Below, piece after piece: positions 9,868-19,371 of a stretch of DNA of 64,000 nucleotides. The stretch lies in assembly GCA_965208105.1 (NCBI GenBank), contig OZ242318.1:864001-928000 (forward strand), read 5' to 3'. The stretch is from Candidatus Latescibacterota bacterium. Its GTDB lineage: Bacteria > Latescibacterota > UBA2968 > UBA8231. Position numbers and translations under genes: made by a program. The notes below the pieces were generated by a model that was given only the letters and a program-made list of their open reading frames with translations, did not search any database and had not been told where the DNA came from. Position 1 is the first letter of the stretch, and each line of letters opens with the position of its first letter.

Positions 9868-10863
9868 ATGATTCGCATGGCCCAGTTCGGGACCAAACAC
9901 GGGCACGCCGCCGGCAAACTCGCGGCGATGCAGAAGAACCCCGATGTGGAGGTCGCGGGCGTCTTCGAACCCGACGGTAAAAGACGCGCGGAGCTGGAAG
10001 AAGGGAACAGTCCGTTCGGCTCTGCTGCTTGGTTCGACGCTCCGGGCGACATTCTAAGCGATCCCTCCATCGCCGCCGTCGCCTCCGAAGGATCCAACGA
10101 GGAAAGCCTGGACCAGACCGAGGAACTGGTGCGGGCGGGCAAACACGTCTGGTACGACAAGCCCGCCGGGGAAAATTGGGAGCAGTGGCAGCGGGTCGTC
10201 GCCATGGCCGGGGAGCGCAACCTGATCCTGCAGATGGGATACATGCTGCGTTACCACCACGGATTCGAACGCATCGCGGAATGGGTAACGTCGGAAATGC
10301 TGGGGTCCGTATTCTCCGTTCGCGCCCACATGTCCACCCACATCTCCTCAGAGGTACGCCGCGCCCTCAGCCGCCACGGGGGAGGCATCTGCTACGACCT
10401 CTGCGGCCACATGCTCGACCAGATCGTCTGGCTTTTGGGCCGGCCCGCAAAGGTGACCTCGTTCCTGCGCAACGACAGCGACCTCGAGCCGGCGATCCCC
10501 GACAATACTCTGATCGTCCTCGAATACGACAACAGTCTGGCCTTCGTCGACATCGCCGCCATGGAATCACGCCCCATGGCGCGGCGCTTCGAAGTCTACG
10601 GCACCGGCGGCAGCGCCATCATCCCGGAGCCCTTCGAGCCCGGGTCCCAGGTCCGCCTCTGCCTGGAGGAAGCCCGTGGAGGCTACGAGGAGGGGGAGCA
10701 GTTCATCCCCTTGAGAGGAGAATCGCGGCAGCAGCTCTACGAGCTGGAGCTGGAGTCCTTCCTTGCCTCCATCCGGGGACAGAATCCGCCGCTACGGCCC
10801 GCGGAACACGAGCTGCTGGTCCAGGAAACCCTGCTGCGGGCCACCGGAGTAGTGGCCGCCTGA
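9868..10863 (+). CDS. Gfo/Idh/MocA family oxidoreductase
   Basis: AGKHVWYDKP, GYMLRY, GGICYDLCGHMLD. Confidence 0.85.
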   Translation: MIRMAQFGTKHGHAAGKLAAMQKNPDVEVAGVFEPDGKRRAELEEGNSPFGSAAWFDAPGDILSDPSIAAVASEGSNEESLDQTEELVRAGKHVWYDKPAGENWEQWQRVVAMAGERNLILQMGYMLRYHHGFERIAEWVTSEMLGSVFSVRAHMSTHISSEVRRALSRHGGGICYDLCGHMLDQIVWLLGRPAKVTSFLRNDSDLEPAIPDNTLIVLEYDNSLAFVDIAAMESRPMARRFEVYGTGGSAIIPEPFEPGSQVRLCLEEARGGYEEGEQFIPLRGESRQQLYELELESFLASIRGQNPPLRPAEHELLVQETLLRATGVVAA

Positions 10864-10922
10864 CTGCATTTAGCGGGCATCCAGAGGGAAACTGACCGCA
10901 GATAGTCAACAAGGAGAAGGGC

Positions 10923-11654
10923 ATGGATCGATTCGCAGGCAGCACGGTCGTCGTGACCGGGGCCGGTACCGGCATGGGCCGCGCAATTGCCAGGGCTTTC
11001 GTGAAAGAGGGGGCCTGCGCCGCCTTCATCGGCCGCCGCCTGGAGAAACTCCAGGAGGCGACCGCCGCTCTGCCCGAGGAGCGGTTCATGCGCGCCGGCT
11101 GCGACGTCTCCGACCGCGCCGCGGTGAACTCCACGGCAAGGCAGGTGGAGGAGCGCTTCGGCAGGGTCCACATCCTGGTGAACAACGCCGGGGTCAACAC
11201 CAATCCCCGCTCCGTTGCCGAGGTCGATCCGGAGGACTGGGACAGCACCGTGGCGATCAACCTGACCGGTGCCTTCAATATGACCCGCGCCCTCCTGCCC
11301 GGAATGCGGGAGGAGAAGGACGGCGTGATCGTCAACCTTTCCTCGACGGCCGGCCTGCGCGCCTCAGAGCTGGCCGGCGCCGCCTATTCGGCGGCCAAGC
11401 ACGGGATGGTGGCGCTGACCCACAGTATCAACGAGGAGGAGAGGGACTACGGCATCCGCTCCTGTGCAATCTGCCCCGGCGAGGTGGCCACCCCCATCCT
11501 CGAGCTGCGCCCGGAGCCGGTGGAGCCCGAGCGCCTGGAGCGCATGCTGCAGCCGGATGACATCGCCGCTACCGTGCTTTTCGTCGCCGGCCTGCCGCCG
11601 CGGGCCTGCGTGCCCGAGTTGGTGATCAAGCCGGTGTACCAGATCTTCCAGTAG
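10923..11654 (+). CDS. SDR family oxidoreductase
   Basis: TGAGTGMG, NNAG, YSAAK, ICPGEVAT. Confidence 0.9.
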   Translation: MDRFAGSTVVVTGAGTGMGRAIARAFVKEGACAAFIGRRLEKLQEATAALPEERFMRAGCDVSDRAAVNSTARQVEERFGRVHILVNNAGVNTNPRSVAEVDPEDWDSTVAINLTGAFNMTRALLPGMREEKDGVIVNLSSTAGLRASELAGAAYSAAKHGMVALTHSINEEERDYGIRSCAICPGEVATPILELRPEPVEPERLERMLQPDDIAATVLFVAGLPPRACVPELVIKPVYQIFQ

Positions 11655-11722
11655 GGTGTTGTGGATTTAGCCCGTAGCACAAAGATGGGTTTATCTGGAG
11701 GTTTGGTACCGCGGTAAGTCCG

Positions 11723-11890
11723 CTGGTGTCCCGCCGCAGAAATATGCCGCCATTATTCCGCCGATCCATCCCGGCTCAGGGAGTTGCCTTCACTCGCCGT
11801 ACACCACTGGTACGACTCGCTCAGGCGCCTTGTGAGCCGGGCGCCTCGGCAGCCCAATTGCGTCAACCTATCTCTGCGGCGGGACACTAG
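11723..11890. mobile_element. MITE-like element, ~168 bp
   Basis: 22-bp terminal inverted repeats CTGGTGTCCCGCCGCAGAAATA / TATCTCTGCGGCGGGACACTAG (2 mismatches); no coding capacity; the right end overlaps the TAG stop of the next gene. Confidence 0.75.
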
Positions 11891-13014
11891 AAGGAGCATT
11901 GCAGCTGTATGGAGTAGGTATTGTCGGCGTAGCTCTGGGTGGGATCGCTCGAGTCGTTGGTCGCAAACGCGTATTCCAGCCGTGCCGCGAAATTGTCGCG
12001 GAGGTCCTGCTTAATGCCGAAGCTCAACAGGGTGTGGTTGTCGCGCCGTTTGGCGCCGGTCCCCGGCACGATCCAATCCTGGTACAGCTTGAAATGATGG
12101 CGCGCAGCAAGGCTCGCGCTGGAACGCGGCGCGAGTCGCCAGATGAAAAAAGACCCCAGGCGGTGGCTGGCGAAGTTGAAATCGACATCGTCCTCATCGC
12201 CGTCGTGATGGCCGAATTCACCCTTTTGCTCAGGCTCGCGAGAGAGGGGTTCGTGGCGCGGGAGTTCGCGGGAGGCCAGATCGATTTCGAACTGATATTT
12301 CAAATTCAGCAACACCCGCTCCAAGGCCATGCACTCAAACCCGAAGCTGGCTGTCTGGCGGATTCCGTCCACGTTCTCGTTGAGCTCGGATATGATGATT
12401 CTCGGGTCGATAACGCCCTGGTACGCCCGCACCTGATAGCCGGCGGAAACATGTGCAATCGAGCTTAGCCGCCGTCTGAGCCCCCCTTTGACCATGACAC
12501 TGCTATACGTGCTGCCTTCGTTGTTGGGAAAGTACTTGTTCCGCAGCTCGGCCCCGAACCGGGACGACCACGACGGATTCCACCGGACCTGGAGTTGACC
12601 ACTGATATCTTGCTTGAAGTATTCGTTGATGAGGTCGTTGGGTTGGCGCCGCAGGCCGAGGTTGGCGACGGTCAGGAGCGTGGCATCGCGGGAAAGCCTG
12701 CGGTGCCAAAGACCTGACAGCAGGTGATCGTAGCGATTCTTCTCCGTTACGTCGGCAAAGCGACGCGGGGCCATCTCATAGCGCACGGCGATGCGCGTAC
12801 GAGGATCGAGCGCGGCCCTGACATTGACCCCTGTCCATATATACGCGGCAAAATCCCGTTGTTCGCCCAAATCCTTCGGCACCTGCAAGACATTGTCTTC
12901 GTACTGGTAGCGGAGGTCAAGAAATGGCTCGATCCGCAACGATGAATCGGCGAAAACCAGGCACGGAGGGCTCAGCCCGAGCAACCATGCTACAACTGCA
13001 ATTCTCAATGACAC
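11887..13014 (-). CDS. Putative outer-membrane beta-barrel protein
   Basis: Signal peptide, alternating amphipathic strands, C-terminal YSIQLQCSF ending in Phe; loop containing GHHDGDEDD. Confidence 0.7.
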   Translation of the reverse strand: MSLRIAVVAWLLGLSPPCLVFADSSLRIEPFLDLRYQYEDNVLQVPKDLGEQRDFAAYIWTGVNVRAALDPRTRIAVRYEMAPRRFADVTEKNRYDHLLSGLWHRRLSRDATLLTVANLGLRRQPNDLINEYFKQDISGQLQVRWNPSWSSRFGAELRNKYFPNNEGSTYSSVMVKGGLRRRLSSIAHVSAGYQVRAYQGVIDPRIIISELNENVDGIRQTASFGFECMALERVLLNLKYQFEIDLASRELPRHEPLSREPEQKGEFGHHDGDEDDVDFNFASHRLGSFFIWRLAPRSSASLAARHHFKLYQDWIVPGTGAKRRDNHTLLSFGIKQDLRDNFAARLEYAFATNDSSDPTQSYADNTYSIQLQCSF

Positions 13015-13026
13015 GTGGGGATACCG

Positions 13027-13920
13027 TTACTTTCCCTGGAGCATATTCTCGAGTTCTTGGGCAAGATGTACCGCTTTCTCTCCGTGGACTTTTTCTTTGG
13101 CATACCAGTCCTCCCGTTTGATGCGCCAAATTTCCAGAGCCGATTCCGCATCCGCAATCTCGCCTTCCAACTCGGCGATATCGAGGTTGCGATCAAGGTC
13201 AAACTCGTCTTCTTCCCCGCGGCGCATGTCGCGGAGCAACTCCAGCATGTTGCGCCGCAGATCGAGTGCTTTACCGGTTTCGCGGATCTGCCGGTCAAGC
13301 TCTCCGATTTTGCTCCTTATAATATCCTGTTGGTCCTGGAGCACGGCCAATTTCTGCTGGATCTCATCGGGGCCATCTGTTTGCGCCAGGGCGACATCCA
13401 ACGCCATCAGCAACTCGCTGGACCCTCTGGCCATTTGCTCCCGGTAGTTTTCTGCTTCCTCCTGAAATTTCAGCATTGCGGCAAGAATTCGGGTCTTGGC
13501 GTTGGCGTCTTCGGCGACGCGGGCTTCCCCTGAAAGCCGCTCGATTTCGGCGTTCAGCATGCCCACGAGCATCCGTTGCCTGGAGACCGATTCCTCCGTG
13601 AGCGCATAGATCCGGTCGTCGAGCTCCTGGATCCGGTCCGACAACTCCCGGGACGCCTGCAGGTCGTTCTGTAGCTGTCGCTCAAGCAGCCGGTCGCCGC
13701 CCTGTTGCAGGTCCTGTTTGGCCGTGCGGATCCTGTCGGTCAACCTCTTGTTTTCGCGCAGCAGCCTGGCGCTCTCCGCCGAGATGGCTGCGGCCCGTTC
13801 GCCGAGTCGTTCAATCTGTATCCTCAAGTTTTGCAGGGTTGGCTCTTTTGTGAACGCCGCCGGCACCGCCCCGGTTGAGATGGAGAAAAGCAGCAGGAGA
13901 CACGGCCAGCTGAAAAGCAT
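13027..13920 (-). CDS. Secreted coiled-coil protein
   Basis: Signal peptide MLFSWPCLLLLFSISTGAVPA followed by long E/R/L/Q heptad-like helices; start uncertain. Confidence 0.7.
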   Translation of the reverse strand: MLFSWPCLLLLFSISTGAVPAAFTKEPTLQNLRIQIERLGERAAAISAESARLLRENKRLTDRIRTAKQDLQQGGDRLLERQLQNDLQASRELSDRIQELDDRIYALTEESVSRQRMLVGMLNAEIERLSGEARVAEDANAKTRILAAMLKFQEEAENYREQMARGSSELLMALDVALAQTDGPDEIQQKLAVLQDQQDIIRSKIGELDRQIRETGKALDLRRNMLELLRDMRRGEEDEFDLDRNLDIAELEGEIADAESALEIWRIKREDWYAKEKVHGEKAVHLAQELENMLQGK

Positions 13921-14107
13921 GGTTCTGAACGACCGCCGAGAGACTAGTGTCCCTTTGATAAAGTTGCTCTGCAGGCGAGGCCGAGTCACGGCGGTCGAAG
14001 GCAAGGCGTGCGACCGAGGCGAATCGAGGGAATCCGGAGAGGGGGCGCAACGCCGTATTCGAACGCCAGGGCCGGCGGCAGCCCGGATGGACTGTTTCAA
14101 CGGGCTG

Positions 14108-15445
14108 CTAGAGGTCATACTTCTCAAATTTGTAGCGGAAAGTGGTTCGTTCGATACCGAGCAATTTCGCGGCATCGGCTTTGACCTTGTTCGCCTTCAG
14201 ATAGGCATCCCACAAAAGCTGCTTTTCAAAAGCCTCGACGCGCTCCGTCAATGTGCCGCTTTCGACGTCGTGTTCAGGCGATTGAGCGTTCAGCGAGAGG
14301 TCCTCAGGCGTAATCTGGTTGCCCTGCGCCAACACCACGGCGCGTTCGACGACGTTCTCGAGTTCCCTGACATTGCCGGCCCAGGAGTAGGTCGTCAGCA
14401 ATTCCATTGCGCTTGGATGCACTGACGACACCTTCTTGCCGATCTCGGCGTTGTACTTGAGCAGGAAATGGGCCACCAGCAGCGGAATGTCTTCGCGGCG
14501 TTCGCGCAAGGGCGGGATCTCGATGGGAACCACGTTGAGGCGGTAGTACAGATCTTCGCGGAATGCCCCTTCCTTGATGCGGTCGGGCAGGTTTCGATTG
14601 GTCGCGGCGACGAGCCGGACATCGACCGCGATGGAGCGGGTTCCCCCAACCCGCTCGAACTCCCGTTCCTGCAGGACCCGCAGCAGTTTGACCTGCATGG
14701 CCGGCGTACTCTCGCCGATCTCGTCGAGGAACAACGTACCGCCATCGGCGATCTCGAAACGTCCGGGTTTCATCTTCACGGCCTGGGTAAATGCGCCTTT
14801 CTCATGGCCGAAGAGTTCGCTTTCCAGCACGCCTTCTGCCAGCGCCGCGCAATTGACTTTGACGAATGGTTTCTCCCAGCGCGTACTGTGCTGGTGGATC
14901 GCGCGGGCAACGAGCTCTTTCCCGGTGCCGCTTTCCCCGCCGATGAGCACGGTCGAATGGATTGGCGCGACGGTTTGTATCCTGCGAAAGACCGCTTGCA
15001 TCTGAGGGCTTTTTCCCATGATCTCGTCAAAGCTGTAGCGCAGCTCGTCTTCCCGGCGCAGGTAGGCGTTTTCCTGACCGAGACGGCGTCCGGCAAGCGC
15101 CTGTTCAATTTTTACTTCGATCTGTTCGAGGGTGTACGGTTTGGTTAAAAAGTCCACCGCTCCTTTCTGCATGGCCTCGACGGCCAGCTCGATCGTGCCG
15201 AAAGCCGTCATCATTACGACACTCGTTTCGGGCGCGATCTCGGCAATGGCTTCGAGGACTTCAATCCCGGTCTTCTTTGGCATCTGGATATCGACCATGG
15301 CCAAATCGAAAGAGTACTTCTCGACCGCTGCGATCGCGTCCTCTCCGTCAAATGCAACATGGGTCGAATGCCCCAGCCCCTCAAGCGCGAGGGCGAGCCC
15401 TTCCCTGGTGCTCTTATGGTCGTCGGCAATCAGTATCCGGCTCAT
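14108..15445 (-). CDS. Sigma54-dependent response regulator (NtrC/AtoC/ZraR family)
   Basis: REC (ILIADD, DIQMP), AAA+ GESGTGKE, ESELFGHEKGAFTQA, FLDEIGE, C-terminal Fis-type HTH. Confidence 0.95.
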   Translation of the reverse strand: MSRILIADDHKSTREGLALALEGLGHSTHVAFDGEDAIAAVEKYSFDLAMVDIQMPKKTGIEVLEAIAEIAPETSVVMMTAFGTIELAVEAMQKGAVDFLTKPYTLEQIEVKIEQALAGRRLGQENAYLRREDELRYSFDEIMGKSPQMQAVFRRIQTVAPIHSTVLIGGESGTGKELVARAIHQHSTRWEKPFVKVNCAALAEGVLESELFGHEKGAFTQAVKMKPGRFEIADGGTLFLDEIGESTPAMQVKLLRVLQEREFERVGGTRSIAVDVRLVAATNRNLPDRIKEGAFREDLYYRLNVVPIEIPPLRERREDIPLLVAHFLLKYNAEIGKKVSSVHPSAMELLTTYSWAGNVRELENVVERAVVLAQGNQITPEDLSLNAQSPEHDVESGTLTERVEAFEKQLLWDAYLKANKVKADAAKLLGIERTTFRYKFEKYDL

Positions 15446-16902
15446 GCCAGTCTTTCCCGCTTCAGAGTCGCCGGCAGTCTGAGGGCAAACGTCGTTCCGC
15501 CGCCTTGCTTGCTCGTGCATTCGATCGTGCCTTGGTGATGCTCGACCAGCCGTTTGACGATGGCCAACCCGAGACCCGTGCCCTTGTCTTTAGTGGTAAA
15601 AAACGGGCTAAAGGCGCGTTCCGCCGTCTCGGGGGACATACCCACTCCGGTATCCCGAACCTCGACGCGGATGGCGTCGGCGTCCGCATCGACAAAACCT
15701 TCAATGGCGATGGTTCCGCCCCGGTCGATTGCTTGCGCGGCATTCTTGACCAGATTGGTGAACACCCACTTGAGTTGGTCGGCGTCTGCTTCGATGGCGG
15801 GCAAGGTGTCCAGGTTTACCGTTTGAACCTCGACAGCGCCCTCGCGCAACTCCGCATCGAGCAGCGCCAGCACTGATGCGACTACGTTTGCCAAATCCAC
15901 CGCCCCGGTCTGCAGCGGCGTCGGACGCGCGAAGTCGAGAAATTCGCTGACCAGCTGGTTCAATGACCGCACTTCGCCATCCACTTGTTCAATCAGTTGC
16001 TCCGCCTTCGGGTCGGCGGGGATTTGGCGTTTGAGCAGGCCCAGGAAAATCCGCATCCCGTTAAGCGGGTTTCTGACCTCATGGGCAAGCCCGGCCGATA
16101 GCTGTCGAAGCTCCTCGGCCATGCGCGACACCTGCTGGTCCCGCTCTTGAATCGCGACACTCATCTCGTTGAATGTCGTGGCCAGCGCGCCGACCTCGTC
16201 TTCACTGCGCGTTTCAACCTGCGTCCCGAACGCCCCTGCCTTAATTCGTCGGGTCGCTTGCGAGAGTTTCTCAATCGGCACGACGATCGACCGGGCTAAA
16301 AAGATGCTGAGAGCAACGGCAAAAACCATACCAATAACGCCGATGAGTATCATGTCGCGGCTCATCTTGGCGAGGCTTTCGAGGAACAGCACACTCGCAT
16401 CCACAGCGAGAACGGCGACGATACCACCGTGTTCGTTGCGAATGGGCGCATAAGCCGATCGGTAGAAAGCATCGTCTATGCCCTGGAAGGCGACGGAAGC
16501 GGCCCCTATCCCTCGTTTGGCCTGGTCAATATGGATTCTGTCCTCGCCCAGTGAGTGGTATTGACTGCCGATGGGTACATCGAGGCGGGAATCGACGAGG
16601 CTTTTGTATTCAAGGTCAAGCACGTACATCGCCCGCGCTTCGGAAGCGTCGCGCATGGACTGCAGCTTCTTTTGCAGCGTTCGGTACAACCGCGTGTCTT
16701 CGCCGCCCGGCTGGAGTGCGCGCAAGTAGCTTCCATTGAGTTGTGCTGCAGAGGTCTTGGCGACCGCCACTAGCCGTTCGCCCATCTCGGCGTCGAGCGC
16801 ACGCTTTGCCGTGTCGAAAAACAGATAACTACTAGCCGTCAAAACCAGGACGACGAGCAGCGCAATAGTGAGGGTCGTCTTCGTTTGGAGGCGGAATTTC
16901 AT
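15442..16902 (-). CDS. Membrane sensor histidine kinase with HAMP domain
   Basis: Two TM helices, periplasmic domain, HAMP (DEVGALATTFNEM), AHEVRNPL, NLVKNA, DTGVG, GTGLGL; 4-bp overlap with the regulator. Confidence 0.95.
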   Translation of the reverse strand: MKFRLQTKTTLTIALLVVLVLTASSYLFFDTAKRALDAEMGERLVAVAKTSAAQLNGSYLRALQPGGEDTRLYRTLQKKLQSMRDASEARAMYVLDLEYKSLVDSRLDVPIGSQYHSLGEDRIHIDQAKRGIGAASVAFQGIDDAFYRSAYAPIRNEHGGIVAVLAVDASVLFLESLAKMSRDMILIGVIGMVFAVALSIFLARSIVVPIEKLSQATRRIKAGAFGTQVETRSEDEVGALATTFNEMSVAIQERDQQVSRMAEELRQLSAGLAHEVRNPLNGMRIFLGLLKRQIPADPKAEQLIEQVDGEVRSLNQLVSEFLDFARPTPLQTGAVDLANVVASVLALLDAELREGAVEVQTVNLDTLPAIEADADQLKWVFTNLVKNAAQAIDRGGTIAIEGFVDADADAIRVEVRDTGVGMSPETAERAFSPFFTTKDKGTGLGLAIVKRLVEHHQGTIECTSKQGGGTTFALRLPATLKRERLA

Positions 16903-17043
16903 GTGTTTTGTGCGCGAATTAAAACTTAATGAATAGGGGCCTGATAAAGTATATCGTCACAAAATTAGATCAATGATCCGGGCCGTGGCGCAAATCAGCG
17001 CGGCCATCAAGCCTCCGCAGGACCCATCGAAGAATTTCTTCCC

Positions 17044-17079
17044 CGGCAAATTTCCGCCGCCCCCGGTGGAAATTTGCCG
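17044..17079. promoter_or_regulatory. Candidate upstream activator sequence for the sigma54 activator
   Basis: Inverted repeat CGGCAAATTTCCGCC-N6-GGTGGAAATTTGCCG (14/15 match) just upstream of the sigma54 promoter. Confidence 0.6.
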
Positions 17080-17129
17080 TGTCCGTTCCAGATTCTTCCC
17101 CCAAATGCCCTGATCCAGGGGCCTTGTAG

Positions 17130-17146
17130 TTGGCACAGAAATTGCG
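17130..17146 (+). promoter_or_regulatory. Sigma54 (-24/-12) promoter
   Basis: TTGGCACAGAAATTGCG matches TGGCAC-N5-TTGC exactly and faces the 17234 gene. Confidence 0.85.
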
Positions 17147-17233
17147 AAGTAAAAAAAATGTCCAATGCCATGGCAAAAAACGCATAACTCGGTGCTCGCA
17201 GTTTGAACTACTTCTTAACTCGGAGGAGATACC

Positions 17234-18238
17234 ATGAAACTCACCATAGGCAAACCAATCGTCGCGGTGCTTGTTCTCATTTTTGTTGGAATGAGCGGCT
17301 GTGGTGATAATCCAATTTCGCCCGCGGGCGAAAACGCTGAATCGGGCAGGTCTGAGTCGGACGGAGAGCATGGAGGCAACGAAGGCGGTGAAGGTGGTGA
17401 AAGCCACGCTGGCAGGGAAGGCGGCGAAGGCGGCGACATAGCTCTGCAACTGACACTCGACCAGGTCTACGACCATACGCGCAACGGCGCACGGCTGATC
17501 ATGTCGTACAACTCCAGCAGGGATGAATTCAGCGGGACCGTGGAAAATACGACGAATCAGACTCTGCGCCGAGTGCGGGTGGAAATACATCTGTCTAACG
17601 CAGCCAATGCGATCACCGCGGAATTGGGACCCACCACGCCGACGGACCTCGCGGCGGGTGCGAAGCTGAACATCACCCTGTCTGCCCAGGGCCAGACTTT
17701 CGACGGCTGGTCGCCCCATGTGGAGGTCGGCTCCGGAGAGAGCGGCGGCGGAGGCGAGAGTAACGAGACCAGCGGCCATGCCGAGGGCGGCGAAGGCGGC
17801 GGAGGCGATCCGTCGAGCCCGGTCCTCGCGCTCGACGAGTCGTGGGACGGCGTCGTCAACGGTCTGCGCGTGGCCATGTCCTACGACCCGGACAGGCGCT
17901 CGTTCTCGGGCATCGTCGAAAACACCATGGCGCAGACCGCCTGCTTCGTCCAGATCGAACTCAACCTCAAGCAGGGCACGCGCACGGTCGTCGAGCTGGG
18001 GCCTGATCCGGTCGGCGATCTGGCGCCGGGTGCCATGGCGACTACCGAACTGTTAGTCGACAACGAGCCGCAGGCGGCAGGGGTAGCTTTCGACGCCTGG
18101 GAGATCCATCCGGAGCTATTCGACTGCAATGGCCCCGGTCCCGACTCCACAGGTGGCGAAGGCGGTGAAAGTGGTGAAAACCACGCCGGCGGAGAAGGTG
18201 GTGAAAGTCACGACGGCAGAGAAGGCGGAGGCGGGTGA
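17234..18238 (+). CDS. Lipoprotein with two tandem beta-rich domains and Gly/Glu/His linkers
   Basis: Lipobox MSGC; duplicated domain (NGARLIMSY..FSGTVENT..ELGP..DLAAG / NGLRVAMSY..FSGIVENT..ELGP..DLAPG); GEGGEGGESH-type repeats; GGAGG RBS. Confidence 0.8.
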   Translation: MKLTIGKPIVAVLVLIFVGMSGCGDNPISPAGENAESGRSESDGEHGGNEGGEGGESHAGREGGEGGDIALQLTLDQVYDHTRNGARLIMSYNSSRDEFSGTVENTTNQTLRRVRVEIHLSNAANAITAELGPTTPTDLAAGAKLNITLSAQGQTFDGWSPHVEVGSGESGGGGESNETSGHAEGGEGGGGDPSSPVLALDESWDGVVNGLRVAMSYDPDRRSFSGIVENTMAQTACFVQIELNLKQGTRTVVELGPDPVGDLAPGAMATTELLVDNEPQAAGVAFDAWEIHPELFDCNGPGPDSTGGEGGESGENHAGGEGGESHDGREGGGG

Positions 18239-18516
18239 AATTTCATCGCTGCCAACTCCACCCCCCGGTGAGATAGCAAAGCGAGAATAAGGCTGGTCGG
18301 TTGTAGTTTCAATCGGCCAGCTTTTTCTTTGCCGCGATACCCGGGACCTCTCAGACACGCCGATGGAACTCGCCGAGTGTTTGACCTTATCCCCATCGCG
18401 CCAGCCGTTCTTGGCGCAGCTCTTGACAAATTGCCCAAAATGGCGCCTCATATTGCCTGCGCCTGAAGTTTTCGCTTACGACCGAAGAAAACCTGTGATT
18501 TCATCCGTTCTCACTC

Positions 18517-19293
18517 ATGGAGGCAAGTGCCGCAATGAATGACGAGCTCGACCCCAAACGACGTCTGAAAATTCCAGGAAGCTACAACATCCGCGACCTG
18601 GGAGGCTACGAGACCAGGGACGGAAGGCGGACCCGCTGGGGCAGGCTGCTGCGCTCCGACTCCCTGCACCGGCTCGATGCGGACTCGCAGCAGGCCCTTC
18701 TCGACTACGGCCTTCGCACCGTCATCGACCTGCGCAAGAGCGTTGAGCTGCAGACCCTGGGCCATCCCTTCATGAGGTCCGAGCAGGTGACCTGGTACCA
18801 TCAGAACATGGTCGGGGACGACCCCTGGCGGGAAGCGGACGGCATTACCCGGCCGGAAGGGGTAGCCGAGACCAAGCGCCGGACCTACTCCCTCATCCTC
18901 GACCGGCGCCGGGCGCAGGTGCGCGAGATCCTGTCGCTCCTCGCCCTGCCCGACTCGTTGCCGGCCCTCTTCCACTGCTCGGCCGGAACCGACCGGACGG
19001 GAATGATCGCGGCGCTGGCCCTTGGAATCGCCGGAGTGCCTCGCGAGGTCATCGCCCGGGACTACAGCCTGAGCGGCCGGTTCCTGCTGCTTCGCTACCT
19101 GGACGACAACCCGGAAATTTCCCCCGGAGAGATCACCTGGCAGGAATACCAGGCCCGGACCTGCCCCCCCGAGATAATGCTGGGTGTGATGGACGATCTC
19201 GACGAGCGCCACGGCGGCGTCGAAGGGTACGCGCGCGCCATCGGCCTCGACGATTCCAGGATCCAATCCCTCAGGGAGGCGCTGGTCGAATAG
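18517..19293 (+). CDS. Tyrosine/serine phosphatase (Y_phosphatase3 type)
   Basis: NIRDLGGY, LLRSD, VIDLR, FHCSAGTDRTG (CX5R), DYSLS. Confidence 0.9.
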   Translation: MEASAAMNDELDPKRRLKIPGSYNIRDLGGYETRDGRRTRWGRLLRSDSLHRLDADSQQALLDYGLRTVIDLRKSVELQTLGHPFMRSEQVTWYHQNMVGDDPWREADGITRPEGVAETKRRTYSLILDRRRAQVREILSLLALPDSLPALFHCSAGTDRTGMIAALALGIAGVPREVIARDYSLSGRFLLLRYLDDNPEISPGEITWQEYQARTCPPEIMLGVMDDLDERHGGVEGYARAIGLDDSRIQSLREALVE

Positions 19294-19371
19294 TGTTCCA
19301 TTTCGGCACCCCGCTCTCCGGCGAGCCGCTGCAGGAGGCATTCGGTCGAGGGCGACGGTTCGACTCCGGGC

